Shown in pieces: positions 9,658-17,408 of a DNA stretch of 64,000 bases. Made by a program: the position numbers and the translations under genes. Every line of letters starts with the position of its first letter. Positions within the stretch are counted from its first letter, which is position 1. The stretch comes from an uncultured Solirubrobacteraceae bacterium (GTDB taxonomy: Bacteria; Actinomycetota; Thermoleophilia; Solirubrobacterales; Solirubrobacteraceae), in assembly GCA_963710665.1 (NCBI GenBank), contig CAVQBC010000005.1, forward strand, positions 158,370 to 222,369. Reading direction: 5' to 3'. The notes under the pieces are model-generated. The model was not told where the DNA came from, ran no database searches, and saw nothing but the letters and a program-made list of their open reading frames with translations.

Positions 9658-10775
9658 CGCGGGCCGGGTACTCCGTCCGGCCGCAGCGTGCGATAGACGA
9701 GCGGCGTGTCGCCGTTGCCGGCGGAGTCACGCTCGCGCGCGTCGACGATCATGTCGTGGTGCGGCGACAGCCGGCACACCGGGTCCGCGTTGGTCGGGTC
9801 GCCGGTGAGCAGCATCGCCTGGCAGCGGCAGCCGCCGTAGTCGACCTCCTGGCGGCCGAGCGGGCAGCTCGCGCACGGCTCCTTCATCCACCCGGTGCCG
9901 CGGAAGGCGTTGAACGCACCCGACTCCTCCCAGATCCACTCGAGGGAGCGCTCGCGCACGTTGTCGAACTCGAGGCCGGGGATCACCGTGGCCGCGTGGC
10001 ATGGCATCGCGTCGCCGCTCGGCGCCACCACGATCGCGTGGCGCCCCCAGCCGCCGCTGCACGTCTTCGGCAGGTCCTCGTAGTAGTCGGGGAGGACGTA
10101 GAGGATCTCCATCCGCGGGCCCAGCCGCTGCCGGAACTCCTCGACGACCCGCTCGGCGCGCTCGAGCTGCTCGCGGGTCGGCATGAGCGCCGCGCGGTTG
10201 GGCATCGCCCAGCCGTAGTACTGCGTGTTGGCGAGCTCGACCCGCTCGGCGCCGAGCTCCTCCGACAGCGCGAGGATCTCGTCGATGCGGTCGAGGTTCT
10301 GGCGATGCATGACGAAGTTCATCGTGAGCGGGAACCCGAGCTCGCGCGCGAGGCGCGCCGCCTCGAGCTTGCGCTCGAACGAGCGCGTCCCCGCCATGCG
10401 GTCCGACTCCTCCGCGCGGCTGTCCTGGAGCGAGACCTGCACGTGGTCGAGCCCGGCCTCGCGCAGCGCCTCCGCCCGCGCGCGCGTGAACGAGAGCGCC
10501 GCCGTGACGAGCGTCGAGTACAGCCCCGCCGACCGCGCGGCCGCCGTCAGCTCGACGATGTCGGGGCGGGCCATCGGCTCGCCGCCCGTGAGCCCGAGCT
10601 GCATCACGCCGAGCGCCCGCGCCTCGCGGAACACGCGCGTCCAGTCCTCGGTGGAGAGCTCGTCCTTGTAGTGGGCGTCCCCGATCGTCAGCGGGTTCGA
10701 GCAGTACGGGCAGTGCAGCGGGCAGCGGTAGGTCAGCTCCGCGACGAGCGTGAAGGGCTTCTCAGAGAACGTCAC
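9654..10775 (-). CDS. pqqE: PQQ biosynthesis radical SAM protein PqqE
   Basis: Radical SAM motif CPLHCPYC and C-terminal SPASM cysteines (CSGGWG...CHA...CASCP...CRCQ). I prefer GTG 10775, which overlaps the pqqD stop by 14 nt; the ORF-track ATG at 10832 is an alternative. Confidence 0.9.
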   Translation of the reverse strand: MTFSEKPFTLVAELTYRCPLHCPYCSNPLTIGDAHYKDELSTEDWTRVFREARALGVMQLGLTGGEPMARPDIVELTAAARSAGLYSTLVTAALSFTRARAEALREAGLDHVQVSLQDSRAEESDRMAGTRSFERKLEAARLARELGFPLTMNFVMHRQNLDRIDEILALSEELGAERVELANTQYYGWAMPNRAALMPTREQLERAERVVEEFRQRLGPRMEILYVLPDYYEDLPKTCSGGWGRHAIVVAPSGDAMPCHAATVIPGLEFDNVRERSLEWIWEESGAFNAFRGTGWMKEPCASCPLGRQEVDYGGCRCQAMLLTGDPTNADPVCRLSPHHDMIVDARERDSAGNGDTPLVYRTLRPDGVPGPR

Positions 10776-11046
10776 GGACGAGCCCCCTCTCGGCGAGCGC
10801 CACCAGCAGCTCGCGTACGTCGTCGCCGACATCTGCCCCGCCGTAGCGCTCGCCGAGCTCCGCCACGATCGTGCCGACCGTCCGCTCGCCGTCGCAGAGC
10901 TCCAGCACGGCGCTCGCGGTGTCGTTGAGCGCGACCGCCCCTTCGGGGACGAGCAGCACGCGGCGCTCGCGCACGTCGTCGTAGTCGAGGCGCGTGCCGC
11001 GCGCGAGGTGCGGCCGGGCGTCGTCGGAGACCGGGGCCGAGCTCAC
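10762..11046 (-). CDS. pqqD: PQQ biosynthesis peptide chaperone PqqD
   Basis: 94 aa from GTG 11046, overlapping the pqqC stop (GTGA). Sequence LLVPEGAVALNDTASAVLELCDGERTVGTIVAEL; size and position are typical of PqqD. Confidence 0.85.
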   Translation of the reverse strand: MSSAPVSDDARPHLARGTRLDYDDVRERRVLLVPEGAVALNDTASAVLELCDGERTVGTIVAELGERYGGADVGDDVRELLVALAERGLVRDVL

Positions 11047-11771
11047 GGTCGTGCGGCCGGTGGGCGCGTCTCGCCCCGCTCGATCGCGTCGAGCTGGGCC
11101 CACAGCAGGTCGCACTTGAACGTCAGCGCCTCGATCGCCCGCTCCTGGTCGGCCCGGGTGGTGCAGTAGGTCGTGACGAGGTCGAGCGCGTGGCCGGCGT
11201 CGCGCGGCGCCTGCTGCAGCCGATGGCGGAAGTAGTCGAAGCCGGCCGGGTCGATCCACGGGTAGTGCTCCTCGAGCGCCGCGAGCCGGGCGCGCATCGC
11301 GTCGGGGCCGAAGAGCTCGGTGAGCGACGACGCGACGGCCTCGATCCACGGCTTCTGCCGGCAGAAGTTGACGTAGGCGTCGACCGCGAAGCGCACGCCG
11401 GGGAGCAGCCGGCGCAGGGAGACGACCTCCTCGCGCTCGAGCCCGACCGCCTCGGCGAGCCGCAGCCAGGCCTCGGTCCCGCCCGGGTCGTCCCCGGCGC
11501 CGTCGTGATCGGTGATGCGCCGGATCCACTGCCGCCGGACGTCCTGGTGCGGGCAGTTGGAGAGCACCGCGGCGTCCTTGAGCGGGATCGCGAGCTGGTA
11601 GTAGAAGCGGTTCGCCGCCCACCGCTGGAGCTCCTCGCGCGAGAGCTCGCCCGCGTTCATGCGCCGGTGGAAGGGGTGGAGGTGGTGGTAGCGCTCGCCT
11701 TGCGCGCGCAGCTCCGCGGCCAGCTCCTCCGCCGTCCACAGGGTCGTTCCTGGTTCCGCCACCTGCGCCAC
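11043..11771 (-). CDS. pqqC: pyrroloquinoline-quinone synthase PqqC
   Basis: YHHLHPFHRRMNAGELSREELQRWAANRFYYQ...LKDAAVLSNCP; 242 aa, which is the PqqC size. Confidence 0.9.
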   Translation of the reverse strand: MAQVAEPGTTLWTAEELAAELRAQGERYHHLHPFHRRMNAGELSREELQRWAANRFYYQLAIPLKDAAVLSNCPHQDVRRQWIRRITDHDGAGDDPGGTEAWLRLAEAVGLEREEVVSLRRLLPGVRFAVDAYVNFCRQKPWIEAVASSLTELFGPDAMRARLAALEEHYPWIDPAGFDYFRHRLQQAPRDAGHALDLVTTYCTTRADQERAIEALTFKCDLLWAQLDAIERGETRPPAARP

Positions 11772-11780
11772 CCGGGCCTC

Positions 11781-12695
11781 CTAGAGCTCGACGAGCATCC
11801 CGTCGTAGGCGATCTCGATCCCTGCGGATTCCACGGCGCGTCGCTCCGCGGAGTCCTCCAGGAGGATCGGGTTCGTGTTGTTGATATGTACCAGAATCGT
11901 CCTGGGGCCCTTGAGCCGTGCGAGCCGCTCGAGGCTGCCGTCCGGCCCGGAGAGCGGCATGTGGCCCATCTCGAGCGCCGTGCGCCCGCCGATCCCCGCC
12001 GCCGCGAGCTCGTCGTCGCGCCAGAACGTGCCGTCCACGAGGATGCAGTCGCAGGCCTCGAGCCGGCTCATCATGGCGTCGTCGAGGCGCTCGATCACGG
12101 GTACGTACATCGCCCGGCCGCCGGTCGCGGGGTCGCGCAGCGCGAGCGCCACGGCGTCCTCCCCGGAGGCCGCGGAGTCGCGCACGAAGCGCGGCGGGTC
12201 GCCGCCGACCGCGAGCGGCACGACCTCGAGCGGCGCGGACGGCCCGCCGGCGCCGAGCGAGAGGCCGCGGCCGGGCTCGAGCGGGTGCCAGCTCACGCCG
12301 CTGTAGCCGTCGAGGACCCGCAGGAGGGGGTTGTCGGTCGTGAGCGCGCGCCGGACCGCCTCGGTGCTCCAGAGCTGCAGCGGCTCGGCGCCCTCGCGCA
12401 GGATCAGCAGGCCGGTCGTGTGGTCGATCTCGGCGTCGGTCAGCACCACGCCGGCGATCGGGCTCGAGCGGACGCCGTCCGCGGGCGCCTCGCGCAGCAG
12501 CTCGAGCTGCTGGCGGACGTCAGGCGAGGCGTTGACGAGGAACCACGGCCCGTCGCTCGCCCGCACGGCGAGCGAGGACTGGGAGCGCGGGACGGCCGGG
12601 GCGCCCCCCTCGCGCACGGCCCGGCAGGTCGGGCAGGAGCAGTTCCACTGCGGGAATCCTCCGCCCGCGGCCGACCCCAGGACGCGGATGATCAT
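11781..12695 (-). CDS. pqqB: PQQ biosynthesis protein PqqB (metallo-beta-lactamase fold)
   Basis: MIIRVLGSAAGGGFPQWNCSCPTCR is the characteristic PqqB N-terminus; 304 aa. Confidence 0.9.
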   Translation of the reverse strand: MIIRVLGSAAGGGFPQWNCSCPTCRAVREGGAPAVPRSQSSLAVRASDGPWFLVNASPDVRQQLELLREAPADGVRSSPIAGVVLTDAEIDHTTGLLILREGAEPLQLWSTEAVRRALTTDNPLLRVLDGYSGVSWHPLEPGRGLSLGAGGPSAPLEVVPLAVGGDPPRFVRDSAASGEDAVALALRDPATGGRAMYVPVIERLDDAMMSRLEACDCILVDGTFWRDDELAAAGIGGRTALEMGHMPLSGPDGSLERLARLKGPRTILVHINNTNPILLEDSAERRAVESAGIEIAYDGMLVEL

Positions 12696-12708
12696 CGTCC
12701 GTACCGAT

Positions 12709-12739
12709 GAGAAAGGGCCCGCCGGCGGCGGGCCCTCTC
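12709..12739 (-). terminator. intercistronic hairpin (attenuator/partial terminator) between pqqA and pqqB
   Basis: Perfect 9-bp GC stem, GGGCCCGCC (12715-12723) and GGCGGGCCC (12727-12735), with a 3-nt loop. On the transcribed minus strand it is followed by TTTCTC. Confidence 0.5.
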
Positions 12740-12764
12740 GAAGAAGATCTTGGCCAGCGCTGCC

Positions 12765-12839
12765 TTAGCGCCGGGCGACGTACAGGGTGACCTCGAGGGA
12801 CCCCTCGATGATCTCGAACTCAGGCTTGAACCAGGTCAT
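12765..12839 (-). CDS. pqqA: PQQ precursor peptide PqqA (24 aa)
   Basis: Minus strand, ATG 12839 to TAA 12765, encodes MTWFKPEFEIIEGSLEVTLYVARR with the conserved E-x3-Y (EVTLY). AGGTGA Shine-Dalgarno sits upstream. Too short to appear in the ORF track. Confidence 0.85.
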   Translation of the reverse strand: MTWFKPEFEIIEGSLEVTLYVARR

Positions 12840-12949
12840 TCATCACCTTCCCGTCGATGGCACAACGTTCCCGTCAGGCGCACAACATGCCAAAACCGGA
12901 CGGCATGACGCGGATCGCCCCGGGGGCTGCACGAGGGTAGCATCGCGCG

Positions 12950-14461
12950 ATGCGCGTGGAGGTGGTGGGAGGCCCGCCGGAGGCGATCGAAGCCGACGTC
13001 CTGGGCGTCGGCGTCGTCGAGCCCGCCACGGAGCCCGGCGGGGCGGTCGCCGCGATCGACCGGCCCCTCGGCGGCCGGCTCGCCGACCTGGCGCGCGAGG
13101 GCGAGCTCACGGCGACGGGCGGCTCGGTGCTCCTGCTGCACGTCGATGGGGGCCCGCCGCCACCCCTCGCGGCCTCGCGGGTGGCGGCGGCCGGCCTCGG
13201 CGCCGCCGAGCGCCTCGACGCCGACGCGATCCGCACCGCGGCGGCCGCTGCCGCGCGCACGGCGGCGCGCTTCGGCGGGTCGCTCGCGTGGGTCGTCGAC
13301 GAGGCGCTGCCGCTGCCGGCGGCCGAGCAGGCGCGCGCCGCCGTCGACGGGGCGTCGCTGGGGACCTATGACCCCGGGCGCTGGAAGAGCGGGCGCTCGG
13401 CCGGCAAGGACCTGCGGCGGCTCGTGATCGCGGGCGGCGGCCTCGACGGCGTCGCCGAGGCGGCCACCCGCGCGGGCGTCGTGGCGCGCTGGACCACGCG
13501 CGCGCGTGACTTCGTGAACGCGCCGGCCAACGAGATGACGCCGACTGCGCTCGGAGAGCGGGCCGAGGAGATCGCGCGCGAGGTGCCCGCGCTCACGGTC
13601 GAGGCGCTCGGCCCGGAGGCGATCGAACGACTGGGCCTGACGGCGTTCGCCGCCGTCGCGCGGGGCAGCGACGAGCCGGCCCGGCTCCTCGTCGCGCGCT
13701 ACGACCCGCCGGCCCCCGCGCGCGACGACCTCGTCCTCGGCCTCGTCGGCAAGGCGATCACGTTCGACTCCGGCGGCCTCTCGCTCAAGAGCCCGGAGCG
13801 GATGACGTGGATGAAGGTCGACATGGCCGGCGGGGCCGCCGTCGTGTGCGGCCTCGGCGCGATCGCCGAGCTCGGCCTGCCGGTGCGGGCGCTCGGCGTG
13901 GTCGCGGCGTGCGAGAACATGCCCGGCCCGCGCTCCTACCGCCCCGGCGACATCATCCGGACGTTCAACGGCACGACGGTCGAGGTCACGAACACCGACG
14001 CCGAGGGCCGCATCGTGCTCGCGGACGCGCTCGCGCACGCGCGCGCGCTCGGGGCCACCCACCTCGTCGATCTCGCCACGCTGACCGGCGGCGCCCTCGG
14101 CGACGTCTACGCCGGGCTGTTCGCGCGCGGCGACGACTGGCGCGACGAGCTGCTCGCGGCCGCCGACGCCAGCGGCGACCACGCCTGGCCATGGCCACTG
14201 CATCGCCGCTTCCGCCGCCTGCTGGACTCGGACGTCGCGGACCTCAAGAACTCCGCCTCAGGCCGGGCGGCCACCGCCGCGGCGGCAGCGTTCCTGTCCG
14301 AGTTCGCGGGCGACGGGCCGTGGGCGCACGTCGACATCGGCGGTACGGCCTTCCTCGAGCGCAGCCGGGGCGACTACCTGAGCCAGCGCGGGGGCACCGG
14401 CGCGGGCGTGCGGCTCGTGGCCGAGCTGGGGAGGCGGCTGGCGTCAGCCCCGCCGGGCTGA
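12950..14461 (+). CDS. pepA: leucyl aminopeptidase (M17 family)
   Basis: M17 motifs VGKAITFDSGGLSLK, MKVDMAGGAAV and NTDAEGRIVLADAL. Confidence 0.9.
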   Translation: MRVEVVGGPPEAIEADVLGVGVVEPATEPGGAVAAIDRPLGGRLADLAREGELTATGGSVLLLHVDGGPPPPLAASRVAAAGLGAAERLDADAIRTAAAAAARTAARFGGSLAWVVDEALPLPAAEQARAAVDGASLGTYDPGRWKSGRSAGKDLRRLVIAGGGLDGVAEAATRAGVVARWTTRARDFVNAPANEMTPTALGERAEEIAREVPALTVEALGPEAIERLGLTAFAAVARGSDEPARLLVARYDPPAPARDDLVLGLVGKAITFDSGGLSLKSPERMTWMKVDMAGGAAVVCGLGAIAELGLPVRALGVVAACENMPGPRSYRPGDIIRTFNGTTVEVTNTDAEGRIVLADALAHARALGATHLVDLATLTGGALGDVYAGLFARGDDWRDELLAAADASGDHAWPWPLHRRFRRLLDSDVADLKNSASGRAATAAAAAFLSEFAGDGPWAHVDIGGTAFLERSRGDYLSQRGGTGAGVRLVAELGRRLASAPPG

Positions 14462-15133
14462 GCGGCGGTGCAGCGGGGCCCGCCCGCGGCGGCCGGCCGG
14501 CTCGAGCACTTCGAGCGCGAGCAGGCAGGCCGCGGCGCGCTGGGCGAGGCGCAGCGGGGCGCCCATCGCGCCCGCCAGGTCGCGCGTGGTGAACGGCTCG
14601 CCGTCCAGCGCCGCGGGGAGCAGCTTTGCGACGTCGTCGGGGCCCGCCAGCACCACGCGGTCGAGCACCTCGACGAGCCGGCGCTCGCCGGGGTCGCGCA
14701 GGTACCGCCGGCCGCGCACCGGCGCCGGCGCGCGCACGTGGTCCTCGCGGCACAGCAGCACCTCGATCGTCAGGTGCGGATGGCCGAGCAGCGTCGGGAA
14801 CGACACCAGCCCGTCGAAGATCGCGGTCGCGCCGTCGCGCTTCGGAGACCGCCGCGCCGAGAGCAGCTCGCCGCCCTCGCCGACGCGGACGATCCGCCGC
14901 TCGGCGGCCACCGGGTGGACGATCCGCATCCGGTGGCGGTCGAGCAGCGCGTCGAGCTTCGCGCGCAGCGGCGAGAACCCGCCGGTCTGCAGCTCGACAA
15001 GCTCGCCGTCCGCCCGCACGACGTCGATCACGTAGCCGTCCACCGCGGTCTCGAGCACGTCGCCGGGCCGCGCGAGCCACGCCTTCAGCGCCGCGTGCAG
15101 CGGTCCCTCGCGCAGCACGCCGATCCCCGACAC
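14444..15133 (-). CDS. conserved hypothetical protein, PD-(D/E)xK nuclease-like N-terminus plus C-terminal wHTH-like region
   Basis: 229 aa. GPLHAALKAWLARPGD...VDGYVIDVVRADGELVELQTGGF resembles a widespread uncharacterised family with a D...E-x-Q/K nuclease-like core. The assignment is from memory of that family. Confidence 0.55.
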   Translation of the reverse strand: MSGIGVLREGPLHAALKAWLARPGDVLETAVDGYVIDVVRADGELVELQTGGFSPLRAKLDALLDRHRMRIVHPVAAERRIVRVGEGGELLSARRSPKRDGATAIFDGLVSFPTLLGHPHLTIEVLLCREDHVRAPAPVRGRRYLRDPGERRLVEVLDRVVLAGPDDVAKLLPAALDGEPFTTRDLAGAMGAPLRLAQRAAACLLALEVLEPAGRRGRAPLHRRSARRG

Positions 15134-15182
15134 GCCCCGGCACGCTACCGCGACGGGGGGACGGGGACCCGTGGTGCGCCGC

Positions 15183-15188
15183 TAGAAT
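15183..15188 (+). promoter_or_regulatory. candidate -10 hexamer for the tRNA-Tyr promoter
   Basis: TAGAAT lies 12 nt upstream of the tRNA 5' end. No convincing -35 element. Confidence 0.3.
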
Positions 15189-15200
15189 CCGCGCGTCCCC

Positions 15201-15282
15201 GGTGGGGTTCCCGAGCGGTCAAAGGGGACGGGCTGTAAACCCGTTGGCTCTGCCTTCGCAGGTTCGAATCCTGCCCCCACCA
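15201..15282 (+). tRNA. tRNA-Tyr: tRNA-Tyr (anticodon GTA), class II with long variable arm
   Basis: Cloverleaf read by hand: acceptor GGTGGGG/CCCCACC, anticodon stem ACGGG/CCCGT, loop CTGTAAA, T-arm GCAGG-TTCGAAT-CCTGC. Very close to E. coli tRNA-Tyr as I recall it. CCA is not encoded. Confidence 0.9.
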
Positions 15283-15606
15283 TCGCGGTGCACCGGATAG
15301 TTGAGCGTGGCCTGTGTCCCGAGCGTGCCCCGAGAGGCCGTTGGGAGCATCGGGCTGCGGGGGTTGGGGACTCTGTCTCAAGTCAGCGCTCGGTTGGGCG
15401 CGGCGGGAGTGAGCGTGGTCATACGGAGATCGTCGAGCATCAAGCGCTGATGTACTCGTTTTCGGACCGCCTCCTCCGGCCTCGTTGTGGGCGACGGCGC
15501 ATTTGCGCCGTACTGATTGGCGGACTGGGATTCGGGAAGAACCCTGCGCGGCGCATACGAAAGCGCGCCTGGCATTCGACCTCCAAGCCAAGCAGGGGAG
15601 AGCCTC

Positions 15607-15678
15607 ATGAATATCTACACAATCGGCGCCATCTGCGGGATCGTCGCTCTGGTCCTCGTAGTCATCTTCGTGCTCTAG
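15607..15678 (+). CDS. candidate small hydrophobic membrane peptide (23 aa)
   Basis: Encodes MNIYTIGAICGIVALVLVVIFVL. GGGGAGAG Shine-Dalgarno sits 6 nt upstream of the ATG. Third codon positions are mostly C/G, as in host genes. Hairpins follow the ORF. Confidence 0.3.
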   Translation: MNIYTIGAICGIVALVLVVIFVL

Positions 15679-15781
15679 CCAGCTCTGGATCTCGCGAAGA
15701 CTCCGTACCGCTTCAGTCGAGCCGGCGCGCGAGAAACGCAGCGCGTCGCGCCGGCTGAAGCGGTCCTGAGGGGATCCATTG

Positions 15782-15807
15782 CGGGGCGGCGCTCGTCAAC
15801 CGCCCCG
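15782..15807 (+). terminator. terminator-like hairpin downstream of the small ORF
   Basis: CGGGGCGG (15782-15789) pairs with CCGCCCCG (15800-15807) across a 10-nt loop, followed by TTGCTTCT. Confidence 0.3.
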
Positions 15808-15920
15808 TTGCTTCTCGTCAGGCTTTCTTGCTGCGCGAGAGCGCGACAGCGTTGCCGGTCTCGCAACTGGCCTGCGTCGGTGCGCTTGCATTCGGCGAGC
15901 GTGAGTACGCTGAATGGGTC

Positions 15921-16542
15921 ATGCCGCGCAGTGTTCGCCGGGCTGCCGAGGTTCTCGACCTGTTCTCCGTCGAGCGACCGTACTGGGGTCCGAGCGAGGT
16001 CGCGGTCCAGCTGGGGATCGCGAAGTCAACGCGCGCACGCGCTGCTGGGCGAGCTGGCGCGTGCCGGGCTGACCGAGCGCTTGCCGTGCGGGCGCCACCG
16101 GCTCGGCTGGCGGCTGGCGGGGCTGGCGCGGACGATGTTGCAGACCAATGGGTATCGCGAGACGGTTGCGCCGGCGGCGCGGGCACTCGCCGCGCATTTC
16201 GGCGAGACCGTGCACGTTGCCGCGCTCGAGCGCGAGAACGTTGTGTACGTCGGCAGCGAGCGCCCGACTGGCGGCGTCGCCGCGCCGCCGGCCCCGGTCG
16301 CGGCCGAGCTCACGCCGCTGGGACAGGTGCTGCTCGCCCAGCACCCCGGCGTCATCGTCGGCCCGCAGCGCGCGTTGGACGGCGTGGAGTGCGTCGCCGC
16401 CGGGCTGCGCACGAGCGCCGCGCCGCCGGCGGCGGCAATCGGACTATGCGCGCCGAGCGAGCGCTTCGCGTCGCGGCGCGACGTCTACGCGCGGGCGCTC
16501 GCCGCGACGAGCGAGCGCGTGTCCCGCGCCGTTCGGCTCTAG
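15921..16542 (+). pseudogene. IclR-family regulator, frameshifted and internally shortened
   Basis: The HTH part MPRSVRRAAEVLDLFSVERPYWGPSEVAVQLGIAKST is in one frame and continues as AHALLGELARAGL... in the +1 frame, with an extra nucleotide near 16032. The effector domain lacks ~45 aa compared with typical IclR proteins. Confidence 0.6.
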
Positions 16543-16746
16543 CGAACGCTGCTGGCCGCGCAAGCCGCGGCGCGGCACGCTGAGCGCATGTCCTTCAGCG
16601 CCGCACACTCCACGGTCTACGCCGAACCGACCTGAGCAGCGACGCATCGCATGCGCGACTTCAATGCCGCGCCGCCAGATCGTCGACCCGGTGACCCAAC
16701 CCACCGTTTCGCCTGACAAGCCACATCCTCGCCCCTCGGAGGAACG

Positions 16747-17238
16747 ATGACCACCACACGCACCACCGACGACGGACAGCTGCTGCACCGGCCCAGCGGC
16801 AGCGGGCTGGCCTTCTGGGGGCCCGGCGACTTCTACCGCTTCCTGATAACGGGCGCCGAGTCCGGCGGCGCGTACTTCGCGATGGAGGCGATCGTGCCGG
16901 CGGGCGGCGGTCCGCCGCCGCACATCCACCGCAACGAGGACGAAACCTTCTACGTGCTCGAGGGCGAGGTGGAGTTCCTGCTCGGCGACCGGCTCGTCAA
17001 GGGGACGGCGGGCGACTTCGTCAACGTCCCGCGCGGCACCGTACACCGCTTCCACAACGCCAGCGCGGCGCGCGCCCGCCTGATCCTCACGTTCACGCCG
17101 GCGGGCATCGAGAAGTTCTTCGAAGAGACGCTCGAGCGCGTCAAGGACCCCGACCAGCCGCCGCCGGACAACATCCAGGAGGTCGCCGCCCGCTACGCCG
17201 AAGCGGCGCCACGCTACGGCATCGAGTTCCTGGGATAG
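16747..17238 (+). CDS. cupin domain protein
   Basis: Cupin motifs GGGPPPHIHRNEDETFYVLEGE and GDFVNVPRGTVHRFHN. Confidence 0.85.
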   Translation: MTTTRTTDDGQLLHRPSGSGLAFWGPGDFYRFLITGAESGGAYFAMEAIVPAGGGPPPHIHRNEDETFYVLEGEVEFLLGDRLVKGTAGDFVNVPRGTVHRFHNASAARARLILTFTPAGIEKFFEETLERVKDPDQPPPDNIQEVAARYAEAAPRYGIEFLG

Positions 17239-17408
17239 CCGACCGCTGTCGGGCGTTGGTAGATCAGCGGCGTGGTCCGCCTGGCACCCGAGTTGCGCCC
17301 GGTGGTGGTGAGCAGCAACACCGTGGTGCCCTGCCGGTCGTGGCCTTCCTCGCCGTCGGTTTCGCGGTATCTGTCGACGTGCTCCTGACCGAACAATGGG
17401 ACACCCAT
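17214..17408 (-). pseudogene. N-terminal remnant of a deazaflavin (F420)-dependent nitroreductase-family (DDN/DUF385) oxidoreductase
   Basis: FGQEHVDRYRETDGEEGHDRQGTTVLLLTTTGRNSGARRTTPLIY matches the family N-terminus. Similarity then stops, and the ORF ends inside the 3' end of the convergent cupin gene. Confidence 0.55.

Noticed and set aside
12840-12949. Sigma-54 type promoter (TGGCA...TGC) upstream of pqqA
   Set aside because: The GG/GC spacing does not fit the -24/-12 consensus, and this type of organism is not expected to use sigma-54. I kept only the phased direct repeat as an observation.
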